From contig NIVC01002433.1 of NCBI GenBank assembly GCA_002269645.1, positions 110,440 through 174,439 of the forward strand: a stretch of DNA of 64,000 nucleotides. Direction: 5' to 3'. The notes under the pieces were generated by a model. It was not told where the DNA came from, did no database searches, and was given only the letters and a program-made list of their open reading frames with translations. This stretch comes from Macrostomum lignano (taxonomy: Eukaryota). Both the position numbers and the translations under genes were made by a program. Positions 1-11,518 of the stretch are shown in pieces (positions within the stretch are counted from its first letter, which is position 1; the number at the start of each line of letters is the position of its first letter).

Positions 1-472
1 TGGGAGGCTGGCCCACCAACGAGGATCTGGGAGGCTGGCCCAGCAACTTAGGATCTGGGAGGCTGGCCCAGCAACTGAGAATCTGGGAGGCTGGCCTAGC
101 AACGAGGATCTGGGAGGCTGGCCTAGCAACGAGGATCTGGGAGGCTGGCCCAGCAACGAGGATCTGGGAGGCTGGCCCAGCAACTGAGGATCTGGGAGGC
201 TGCCCCAGCAACTGAGGATCTAGGAGGCTGCCCCAGCAACTGAGAATCTGGGAGGCTGGCCTAGCAACGAGGATCTGGGAGGCTGGCCTAGCAACGAGGA
301 TCTGGGAGGCTGGCCCAGCAACTGAGGATCTGGGAGGCTGGCCCAGCAACTGAGGATCTGGGAGGCTGGCCTAGCAACGAGGATCTGGGAGGCTGGCCTA
401 GCAACGAGGATCTGGGAGGCTGGCCTAGCAACGAGGATCTGGGAGGCTGGCCCAGCAACTGAGGATCTGGGA
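1..472. repeat. Minisatellite, 27-28 bp unit GGATCTGGGAGGCTGGCCCAGCAAC(T)GA, ~17 copies, truncated by window edge
   Basis: Direct reading of tandem units; lies downstream of the kinase stop codon. Confidence 0.95.
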
Positions 473-1198
473 GGTGATGGCCGAGTCTAATAGCGCACTA
501 AGTGGCCAAAAAATTTCTATATACATATTTTTAACGGTACAGAATATATATTAGCCATACGAAATGAGAAGACATGTACACGATTTTAAACTTCACGACA
601 GCTAAACTAAATCTTCAATTTATTTAAGCTTGTGTTTATGAGACAGAAAGTAAATTTGATCAAAAACATAAAAAGAATACCTACAGTAAACGAAAGAAAT
701 TCAATCTGAATAAATCGTTTTAACAAATGAATAAAAAACCAGGATTATACTTATAGACATAATGAAAGTCAATTTAATTAGCAACTCGAAATTTTTGAGT
801 ATATACAAAATAAAAAACCTAAATCATTCCAGCATAATCTAGATTTGCAGGCTCTGTTAAATATGTTTTCAATAGAGATGACCAAGCAATTTCTTAGAAA
901 GTGTGTAGTGTCAATGGAGCTGGCGAAACTTGAATAAAAGGAATAGTTTCAAAGAGTTTTAAATGTAAATATATGCGTTTATCATTTCAAAGTTATAAAT
1001 TTACAGTAGTAATACATGATGACGGTTTCTAATAGAAAAGAAAAAGTAAATGACTTATTAACGTTAAAGATGGCTTTGAAACAGTTATACACAGTTTAAC
1101 TTTCAGATGACCTATAGTAATCACTCGTCAGTCACATCCGATGTTAACCAACTTGTCTATGGCCCAACCTGGCATACCAGGTGATGCTTGTCCGCATT

Positions 1199-4100
1199 TT
1201 ATGGCCTAGTGTTCTGTAGGCCCAGCTCGTCAAGTCTGGAATGTGTAATTAAATAACACCGTTTTGTTAACCATATTTTGAACTTGAAGCAAACCAAAGT
1301 TAACTTACTTTTTCAAAGGGGGTCAGCTTCCCAGAGGGGGTCAACTGTGACTTCTCGGAGGGGGTCAACTGTGACTTCTCAGAGGGGGTCAACTGTGACT
1401 TCTCAGAGGGGGGTCAACTGTGACTTCTCATAGGGGAGGAGGGGGGTCAATTGTGACTTCTCGGAGGGGGGTCAGCTGTGACTTCTCATCGGGGGGGTCA
1501 ACTGTGACTTCTCAGAGGGGGTCAACTGTGACTTCTCAGAGGGGGGTCAACTGTGACTTCTCATAGGGGAGGAGGGGGGTCAATTGTGACTTCTCGGAGG
1601 GGGGTCAGCTGTGACTTCTCATCGGGGGGGCAACTGTGACTTCTCAGAGGGGTCAACTGTGACTTCTCGGAGGGGTGTCAACTGTGACTTCTCAGAGGGG
1701 GGTCAACTGTGACTTCTCGGAGAGGGTCAACTGTGACTTCTCAGAGGGGGGTCAACTGTGACTTCTCAGAGGGGGGTCAACTGTGACTTCTCAGAGGGGG
1801 GTCAACTGTGACTTCTCAGAGGGGGGTCAACTGTGACTTCTCAGAGGGGGGTCAACTGTGACTTCTCAGAGGGGGGTCAACTGTGACTTCTCATAGGGGA
1901 GGAGGGGGGTCAATTGTGACTTCTCGGAGGGGGGTCAGCTGTGACTTCTCATCGGGGGGCAACTGTGACTTCTCAGAGGGGTCAACTGTGACTTCTCGGA
2001 GGGGTGTCAACTGTGACTTCTCAGAGGGGGTCAACTGTGACTTCTCGGAGAGGGTCAACTGTGACTTCTCAGAGGGGGGTCAACTGTGACTTCTCAGAGG
2101 GGGTCAACTGTGACTTCTCAGAGGGGGGTCAACTGTGACTTCTCAGAGGGGGGTCAACTGTGACTTCTCAGAGGGGGGTCAACTGTGACTTCTCGGAGAG
2201 GGTCAACTGTGACTTCTCAGAGGGGTCAACTGTGACTTCTCAGAGGGGGTCAACTGTGACTTCTCAGAGGGGGTCAACAGTGACTTCTCAGAGGGGGTCA
2301 ACTGTGACTTCTCAGAGGGGGGTCAACTGTGACGTCTCAGAGGGGGTCAACTGTGACTTCTCGGAGGGGGGTCAACTGTGACTTCTCAGAGGGGGTCAAC
2401 TGTGACGTCTCAGAGGGGGTCAACTGTGACTTCTCGGTGGGGTTCAACGGTGACTTCTCAGAGGGGGTCAACTGTGACTTCTCAGAGGGGGGTCAACTGT
2501 GACGTCTCAGAGGGGGTCAACTGTGACTTCTCGAAGGGGGGTCAACTGTGACTTCTCAGAGGGGGTCAACTGTGACTTCTCAGAGGGGCCGGGTCAAATG
2601 TGACTTCTCGGAGGGGGTCAAATGTGACTTCTTGGAGGGGGTCAACTGTGACTTCGCAGAACGGGTCAACTGTGACTTTTTGGATTAGTTACTTCCACTG
2701 TGACTTCTCAAACAGATGGGGGGTCAACTGTGACTTCTCGAAGGGGGTCAACTGTGACTTCTCAGAGGGGGTCAAATGTGACTTCTCAGGGGGGGTCAAC
2801 TGTGACTTCTCGGTGGGGGTCAACTGTGACTTCTCAGAAGAGGTCAACCCGTGTAAAAGTTAACAAGACACCAAAATCCACAGTAAATAAACTTCCTCTA
2901 GCAACTTTTGAACACACCGAAAAAATATTTAGCAACAACCAACTTACTCCTTGAGCAGCTTGGTGTTTCGCTCCATTTCGCCTTGAACTAGGTCAGTAGA
3001 CAAAATGAGGTCCCGGATTCTGGACAAACAGAGTAAAAAAGACATGAACTGATGAGGCTAAAGCAGAAATGTTAATAAAAATTCCAGAATACCGCACTTT
3101 ATACGTGTTAGAATAAATTTTATTCAACAGACTTAGAATTGGCACTCACGACTTGCTCAGAGCGGTTAAGTCGCTCTCTTTGCTGGCTTTAGTCGCTTTG
3201 AAGTAGGCGGTTAGGGCTTCAAATATTCCGCGATACACCTGCGGGATGGTTGTTGTGTATTAATTAGATACAGTTGTTAATCTTCGAAGCGTTTCCAACA
3301 TATATTCTGTTGTGTCGCTATACTACTACCACTACCCCTTAATTGACTTCTCCCACTCTACCTCTTACTCTACTTCTCCCACTCTACCCCTTACTCTACT
3401 TCTCCCACTCTACCCCTTACTCTACTTCTCCCACTCTACCCCTTACACTACTTCTTCCACTCTACCCCTTACTCTACTTCTCCCACTTTACCCCTTACTC
3501 TACTTCAGCTCCCACTCTACCCCTCACTCTACTTCTCCCACTCTACCCCTTACTCTACTTCTCCCACTTTACCCCTTACTCTACTTCTCCCACTCTACCC
3601 TTACTCTACTTCTCCCACTCTACCCCTTACTCTACTTCTTCCACTCTCTTACTCTACTTCTTACACTCTCTTACTCTACTTCTTCCACTCTCTTACTCTA
3701 CTTCTCTCACTTTAGCCCTTACTCTACTTCTCCCACTCTCTTACTCTACTTCTCTCACTTTAGCCCTTACTCTACTTCTCCCACTCTACCCCTTACTCTA
3801 CTTCTTCCACTCCACTCCACCCCTTACTCTACTTCTTCCACTCCACCCCTTACTCTACTTCTTCCACTCCACCCCTTACCCGTCACATCAGTTTCCCAGG
3901 CACTCACATTATCGTGCAGCATGTCCAAATCGGCCTCCAAATCCTGCGCGGCCAAAGCCGTCTCCAAGCGTTCCAGCTTCTTGACCTCCGCTTGCACGTC
4001 CTGCATCCATTCGGACAGGCCGGCTTGCACGTTGCCAAGCGTTTCTATGCAGCAACGCAGTACGACGTTCTGGCAGTCGTCAAGGCAGCTGTTCAGCAGG

Positions 4101-4374
4101 TGCTGGTCCGACTTGAAACAGTGCCGCATCAGGTCTGTTAGCAGCTGCGAATCTTTCTTCCTGCAATTGGAATGGATTTGTTGCAAATGATCTGTATGTT
4201 TTTATGTTACGCACAAACTACTCTACCGATGTAAGTAGAAAAGAAGGGATACTAAAAGTCTGTTTGTCTGTCTGTCTGTCTTAGTGTCTGTGTTAGTGTT
4301 AGTGTCTGTCTTAGTGTCTGTGTTAGTGTCTGCCTGCCTGTCTGTCTGTCTGTCTGTCTGCCTGTCTGCCTGCC

Positions 4375-4469
<95 letters not shown>

Positions 4470-4592
4470 GTGTCTGTCTGTCTGTGTCCGTCTGTCTGTC
4501 TGTCTGTCTTAGTGTCTGTGTTAGTGTCTGCCTGTCTGTCTGTCTGCCTATCTGTCTGTCTGTCTGCCTGTCTGTCTGTCTGTCTGCCTGCC

Positions 4593-4629
<37 letters not shown>

Positions 4630-4718
4630 GCCTGTCTGTCTGTCTGCCTGTCTGCCTGTCTGTCTGCCTGTCTGTCTGCCTGTCTGCCTGTCTGCCTGTC
4701 TGTCTGTGTGTCTGCCTA

Positions 4719-4791
<73 letters not shown>

Positions 4792-4848
4792 GTGTCTGCC
4801 TATCTGTCTGTCTGTCTGTCTGTCTGTCTGCCTGTCTGCCTGTCTGCC

Positions 4849-4924
<76 letters not shown>

Positions 4925-7900
4925 AACACAGACCAGCTCTGAGCGCCGGCAGTGCTCACATAAACTTGTTAATCATCTGGCCGTAGCGCTCGTAGACCTG
5001 CTCAACCCGATGAAAGTCGGCACTGAGACACTCGGCCCCCTGCTTGGGCGCCAACAGTCTGGCAAAGATGCCGTTGAAATTGCTGGCCAGCTGCAGCGAC
5101 GGCACCAAAGACGATTGCTCGTTGGACATGCCGGCAAGAGCGGAGCCGCTATTAGAAGCAGCATCGGGTTTCAGATTTGACTGCTGGGACACCACAGTTT
5201 CCAATTTGCGCTGCCATTGACTGATTTTCTCCGACAGCTCCTGCAAATTATTGCGAGGTTTAAAAATGAGGAATCGAACTCTTTGGAAAGCCGATAGGTG
5301 CTCCGAAAATTTATGGGATAGAAAATAGAGACGGATTTAATATTTAAAATATGGGATAGATGATTAAAGGAATGTGATTAACTCGATCTAGGAATCGCTG
5401 AGGATTTGGAGAGAATTAGATCTGACTAGGAACTATTGATGATTAGGGATGAGTCAGGGATAATTGAAGATTAAGGATGGGATAAGGGATAATTGAGGAT
5501 TAGAGATGGGTTAGGGATAATTGAAGATTAGGGATGGGATAAGGGATAATTGAGGATTAGAGATGGGTTAGGGATAATTGAATATTAGGGAATGGGATGA
5601 GGGAGCAGTGAGGATTAGGGAATGGGATGAGGGATCATTGAGGATTAGGGAATGGGATGAGGGAGCAGTGAGGATTAGGGAATGGGATGAGGGAGCAGTG
5701 AGGATTAGGGAATGGGATCAAATGTGCATGTGAATCAGGGGATTAGGGAATTTGATTAATCCAGAGATTTGGTTAGAAGATTTGAGAATATTAATAGTAT
5801 GGTAAGAGTTTTAAGCTGAATTAAGGGATTAGAGAAATAACTAAATAATAATCCAGCAGTAAAGAACTCTCACCTGACAGCCAGTCTGAGTTCGAACCAG
5901 CTGGGCCAGCTCCATCAGTCTGCCAACCTTCTGCTCAGAGCTGCTCACAACCGCCAGCTTCGCTCGCACTCTTTGATAGGCCTCTCGTCCGCGGCGATCC
6001 ATGAGGCACAGGGCGGCGTCCTTGGCTTCCAGGGTGAGCGCGTGATTTACGTGGCAGACCGAGGCCAGCTGACGGCAAACCAGAGCGTGGCGATGGGCCT
6101 CGTCAACGAAATCCTTGATCTCCTTCGGCTGGTTGGGATCCGGTACGCGGGGACGGGATTTCACGTGGCCTGTTGGGAAGAGGGAATATTATTACTATCA
6201 AATGCGAATAAGCAGTAAGGCCTCTACTGAAAGAGATGGGATCTCTACTAAAAGAGATGGGATCTCTACTGGAAGAGATGGGATCTTCACTGAAAGAGAT
6301 GGGATCTTTACTGAAAGAGATAGGATCTCTACTGACAGAGATGGAATCTTCACTGAAAGAGATGGGATCTCTACTGAAATAGATGGGAGCTCTACTGAAA
6401 GAGATGAGATCTCTACTGAAAAAGATGGGATCTCTACTGAAAGAGATGGGATCTCTACTGAAAGATATAGGATCTCTCTACTGGAAGAGATTGGATCTTC
6501 ACTGAAAGAGATGGGATCTCTCTACTGAAAGAGATGGGATCTCTACTGAAAGAGATGGGATCTCTACTGAAAGAGATAGGATCTCTCTACTGAAAAAGAT
6601 GGGATCTTCACTGAAAGAGATGTGATCTCCACTGAAAGGGATGGGATCTCTACTGCAATATCTGTTTCCATCCAGACATTAAATAACTTACCAACATCGA
6701 ACTTGCCAATGTCCAGCGTACAGCTAAACTGCTGCTTGGACAGCACAATAACGGGACTCGTCAGCGTAGATCCGGTTGGAAATGCCGACACCTCCTGAGA
6801 TCGATAGAACACGACAATCTCCTCCTTGGGGAAGCTGGTGACTGAGGCCAGGCTTGTCAGAAGGGAGTCCAGGCTTCTGCGCATTTGTATTAGTTTTTTT
6901 ATTATCGGGTAATTAAAATTTAAATCTGGTTTAGATAGATACACTCGGATGGGAAGCTATAAGATAGATAAGATAGATTAGGCTGAGATAGAAGTATACA
7001 GATTAGGGCTGAGATAGAAGTAGACAGATCAAAGCTGAGATAGAAGTATACAGATTAGGGCTGAGATAGAAGTAGACAGATTAAGGCTGAGATAGAAGTA
7101 GACAGATTAGGGCTGAGATAGAAGTAGACAGATTAAGGCTGAGATAGAAGTAGACAGATTAAGGCTGAGATAGAAGACTCACTCCAACTCACTGCTTCTG
7201 CGAGAAGACCAAATCGGGCATAATCATATTGCCAGCAACGAAATAATAAGTACAATGCTGACATTTGTACCAATTAACGGTCTCGAAGAACTTTGGAAAT
7301 GTCCACTGCTCGTTGAAATTAGACACTAGTATGCCTTGCAGCAGTTCAACTAGAAGTTTCTGTAGCGTCACCGACAGCGGACAGGTTGGCGGCAGGCTGT
7401 TGTGATAATTAATTGGACCATTCAAAGTGTCCTGAGTAGCCCAGATCGCATGCGGCGGTTTCTTCACCATCATGTCAATCATCTGGGCGTGGTTGCTTCG
7501 AACGCCTTCGAAGGGAGCGAATGGCAGGCGGCCGGTAGCGGCCATGAACAAACTGACGCCTAGGGACCAGAGATCGCACTCCGGCTTGTGACCGCCTCTG
7601 GCGCCGCCGCCCATGCCAGCGTGCATTCGCTGGTGCACCTCCAGATAGATGCTGGGATGCAGGAACTCGTAGGTGCCAACTAGGCTTTGAAAATCTGCAC
7701 CGTCTTCGAGTTCGCGGCTGGAGCCGAAGTCGGCCAGCTTGAATACGGGCTGACGGCGGTTGTCGTAGCTGATCATGATGTTGCCTTGGTGACCATTGGG
7801 GTGCCGGGTTGGCTTGGATATTGCTCATCGCGATATAGGCTCAGCTTAGATTAGGTTCAAATTGGGCTCAGGCAAGGGTTCAGGTTGGGTTCAGGTCGGG

Positions 7901-9780
7901 TTCCGGTCGGGTTCAGGTTTGGGTTCAGGTTTGGGTTCATGTTTGGGTTCAGGTTTGGGTTCAGGCTTGGGTTTAGGTTTGGGTTTAGGTTTTGGTTCAG
8001 GTTGGGATCGGGTCGGGTTCAGGTTAAATTTAAATTGGGTTTAGGTTGAGTTCAGGTTGGGTTAAGGTTTGGGTTCAGGTTTGGGTTTAGGTTTGGATTC
8101 AGGTTTGGGTTCAGGCTTGGTTTCAGGTTTTGGGTTCAGGTTTGGATTCAGGTTTGAATTCAGATTTGGATTCAGGTTGGGCTCAGGTTAAATTCAAATT
8201 AGGTTCAGGTTGGATTCAGTTTAGGTTCAGTTTGGGTTCAGGTTGGATTAAGTTTGGGCTCAGGTTAAGTTCAGGTTGGGTTCAGGTTGAATTCAGGTTT
8301 GGGTTCAGGTTTGGGTTCAGGTCTGGGTTCAGGTTTGGGTTCAGGTTTGGATTCAGGTTTGGGTTCAGGTTTGGGTTCAGGTTTGGGTTCAGGTTTGGGT
8401 TCAGGTTTGGGTTCAGGTTTGGGTTCAGGTTTGGGTTCAGGTTTGGGTTCATGTTTGGGTTCAGGTTTGGGTTCAGGTTTGGGTTCAGGTTTGGGTTCAG
8501 GTTTGGATTCAGGTTTGGGTTCAGGTTTGGGTTCAGGTTTGGGCTCGGGTTGTATAACGGTTACTTTGTCTTCTTGTACAAAGATCAAATACAATGAATA
8601 ACAAATCATAAACATAATTAATACAGTTGCCATACCTGGCTTAATATCGCGATGAACAATCTTGAGCTGTTCGCGAAGATAGGCCAACCCGTCGCCTACA
8701 GAAGAAAAGGGAACAATAAACGTCTGAATTAAAGTAATTATTTATTCATCTTTACTACAGACTAATATAGTAGCACTTACACATGTTGTACAACAGAGAA
8801 AGAAAATCTCTGTCGTGCATGCCTAATTTGTTGTCTGGCTTTTTCAAATACTCGTGCAAACTGTTGCCACAGCAGTACTCCAGTATTAGACCGGTTTTGT
8901 CTACTCTCATGTTGTCCTGAAAATTTTTGCAGTTTGTAAGGAAGGGTAAAGACTCTTTGTTCCAAGCAGTCTTGGTCGTCATAGACTTTATGGGGGGCAA
9001 AGTCAAGAATTGTACATTACTAATCCCTATTTTATTTTGAGAATCAGTACTGCCGGCACTTATTTTGGCGCCACTGGCAGGCACTTATTTTGGCGCCACA
9101 GACAGGCACTCATTTTGGCGCCACAGACAGACACTCATTTTGGCGCCACAGAAAGTCACTCATTTTTGCGCCACAGAAAGTCACTCATTTTGGCGCCACA
9201 TACAGAAGTTCATTTTGGCGCCACAGACAGAAGCTCATTTTGGCGCCGCAGGCACTCATTTTGGCACCACGGGGACTTATTTTGGCGCCGCAGGCACTCA
9301 TTTTGGCGCCACGGGGACTTATTTTGGCGCCGCAGGCACTCGTTTTGGCGTCACGGGCACCTTTTTTGGCGCTGCAGGCACTCATTTTGGCGCCGCAGAC
9401 AGACAATCTATGTCCAAAGGTCCTAGGTTCGAACTCTACTATCAACGCACCTGAAACTGGACTCCAGTAATTAGTCGCACAATATTCTCGTGCTTCAATT
9501 TCTTCAAAAGTTCCACTTCTCGCCGTGGCGGTGTACCTTTGAACACTTTCACAGCGTAAAAGTCGCCAGTATGGATGTCCCGACAACGATAAACCGAGGA
9601 TGTGACTCCATCAGCTAAATAGTCCAAGTCCGGGCACCAGGTGTAATTGCCAGCCACAACCAGGTTGTAGGCGCCTCGTCGAGGACTGGATTGAGCAGCG
9701 GCGGTTGCCGCAGCCGCTGCCGCAGCCGCATTAGCTCGTGACATTGCTGCTGGCCCAACTCCAACACTTCGAGCATCCAT
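1199..9780 (-). CDS. TBK1: IKK-related Ser/Thr kinase (TBK1/IKK-epsilon/ik2 family), ~797 aa, 12 exons
   Basis: Exons in transcript order: 9780-9451, 8916-8781, 8695-8636, 7784-7193, 6876-6692, 6169-5874, 5240-4960, 4160-3880, 3306-3272, 3238-3150, 3019-2948, 1235-1199; all GT-AG and phase-consistent. Motifs [54 protein letters not shown] (cf. TBK1 [26 protein letters not shown]), followed by ULD-like and helical scaffold regions and a C-terminal ..[12 protein letters not shown]. No LDWSWL NEMO-binding motif seen. Exons 8-10 boundaries are the least certain; TBK1 vs IKBKE not resolvable. Confidence 0.88.
1318..2845. repeat. Minisatellite, 21-23 bp unit GGGGG(G)TCAACTGTGACTTCTCAGA, kinase intron 11
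   Basis: Tandem units with variable G-run; recurring variant blocks at ~1429, 1562, 1892. Confidence 0.95.
3335..3879. repeat. Minisatellite, 26 bp unit CTCTACTTCTCCCACTCTACCCCTTA, kinase intron 8
   Basis: Tandem units; on the sense strand the array begins at the intron GT. Confidence 0.95.
4258..4924. repeat. (CTGT)n microsatellite, kinase intron 7
   Basis: Long imperfect CTGT/CTGC run. Confidence 0.97.
5440..5720. repeat. Degenerate 28-30 bp purine-rich minisatellite (GGGAATGGGATGAGGGAGCAGTGAGGATTA-like), kinase intron 6
   Basis: Two related unit types in tandem. Confidence 0.85.
6222..6655. repeat. Minisatellite, 21 bp unit GAGATGGGATCTCTACTGAAA, kinase intron 5
   Basis: ~20 copies; the unit contains the hairpin GAGAT-GGG-ATCTC. 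Confidence 0.95.
6975..7177. repeat. Minisatellite, 26 bp unit GGCTGAGATAGAAGTAGACAGATTAA, kinase intron 4
   Basis: ~8 tandem copies. Confidence 0.93.
7845..8548. repeat. Minisatellite, 12 bp unit GGTTCAGGTTTG, kinase intron 3
   Basis: Homogeneous at 8290-8545, degenerate toward 7850. Confidence 0.95.
9050..9400. repeat. Minisatellite, ~21-27 bp unit CACTCATTTTGGCGCC(A/G)CAG-based, kinase intron 1
   Basis: Tandem variants; the same unit occurs inside the MITE at 48707-48985. Confidence 0.9.
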
Positions 9781-10854
9781 AAAGGCGTAAAGCGAGCGAC
9801 TATAGGAGACACGATTTATACTGAATAGACCGGACTGTACACTTCCAAGCTATCTGTATCTTTCTCTTCTATTTGGTACCTTATTACGAGCAGAGGCAAC
9901 ACTTGCGCTTGTGTACGCGTATTACATTGCAGAAAGCAGAGAACATAAAATAGTATATCCTCCTTATAGAAAGCATGAAAGAAGAAAAAAAAACGAGTAC
10001 ACGTTTTAAATACGTTTGTATATTTTGTTTTTTTGGTTGAGGCTAGAGGCTAGAGACAGAATTGAGGGTGTGATGAATGGTTAAGGGCTAATTTTCGTTT
10101 TCCAGCCCTCGCAAGCCCCCGTGATAGCGTTATGTCTATTTTTAGAATCATTGCACACAGGAGAGAGAGAGTAGAGAGGGGGAGAGAAGTGCAAAGTTGA
10201 GTGTACACCAATGTACATTTGAGACTGCAGTACACTGCACTGCAATACTAAGAGGACCTAAAAAACTTTTCCATATACACACAAAATCCTATTGATGAAA
10301 AACATTTACCAAATAAATTAATCATTACAATTGAAATTGTAGTTTATAAAAACGAATTTATTTATTAGTGAAAATTAATTACTACACGTATATATTACTG
10401 ATATAACATGCATAATACAGTAAATACAATATAAAATGTATAATTTTAAATTGTAATAAGAATTAAAGAACACTGGGGTAAAAATTGAAATGCTTTCATT
10501 ACTTGTACTACTACTTTTAGTAAACAACCATATTGATTGAATTGAAAATGCATACAAAAATATGATTTTTTATTAATTAAAGCTATAATTTACATTTTTA
10601 ATAGATACTTTAAAATGCAATAAGTAGTTAAGTTTAACGAGTAAAAAATTGGTAGAAAAATAATGCATTAATTGTTTTATTAGTTTGCAAAATGCCACTT
10701 AAAATAAAATTTGTGCGAATTGCACTTTTACTAATATATTATAAGTTTTAAATATAAAGTTTGATAGTGCAATAAAAATTGAATGAAGCTTATTTAGACT
10801 TGCCTAGCAACTCGTAGGTCTGACTGTCTTTTAGTGTCTGCTTCTTAGTGCATT

Positions 10855-11235
10855 ATATCCTTAGTCTATTAGCTTCTTAGTCTATTAGCTTCTTAGTCTA
10901 TTAGCTCCTTAGTCTATTAGCTTTTTAGTCTATCAGCTTCTTAGTGTATTAGCTTCTTAGTGTATTAGTCTATTAATAAATTAGCTTCTTAGTCTATTAG
11001 CTTCTTAGTGCATTAGCTTCTTATTGCATTAGCTTCTTAGTGTATTAGTATCTTAATAAATAAGCGTCTTAGTCTATTAGCTTCTAAGTGTATTAGCTTC
11101 TTAGTCTCTTAATAAATTAGCTTCTTAGTCTATTAGCTTCTTAGTGCATTAGCTTCTTAGTGTATTAGTCTCTTAATAAATTAGCTTCTTAGTCTATTAG
11201 CTTCTTAGTGCATTAGGTTCTTAGTACATTAGCTT
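10855..11235. repeat. AT-rich 16 bp minisatellite TTAGTCTATTAGCTTC between POLA1 3' end and kinase start
   Basis: Tandem units with variants. Confidence 0.9.
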
Positions 11236-11518
11236 CTTAGTACATTAACTTTTATACATTAGCCTTGATTTTAGTGCCTTAGCTAATTAGTCTCTAAGTC
11301 TATCTGATGCCCTCTAGTATTTACCTGTCTACCTTAACGTCCTGGTGTCTTAAAGAACTTCAATTCTGTATCTATCAATCAATCTTATCTATCCACTAAA
11401 GTACAGCCAGCAGACAAAGCTTCATCATGGCAAAATCAAGTCCCCCATGCAGGAAATAAACACAATTAGCCATGGTAACACCCTCTAGCCAGCTAACAGG
11501 ATTTGTTAGACTTTTCAA

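Noticed and set aside
4161-4191. Acceptor at 4192-4193 implied by ORF 3824-4186
   Set aside because: Out of phase with the upstream GTGAGC donor; the acceptor at 4161-4162 restores the frame.
5440-5800. Interstitial telomeric repeats (TTAGGG occurs several times)
   Set aside because: Hexamers are isolated within a longer unit, never tandem.
6564-6691. Extension of kinase exon 5 into the 21-bp array (ORF 6564-6944)
   Set aside because: A strong GTAAGT donor at 6691 gives the phase needed for exon 6.
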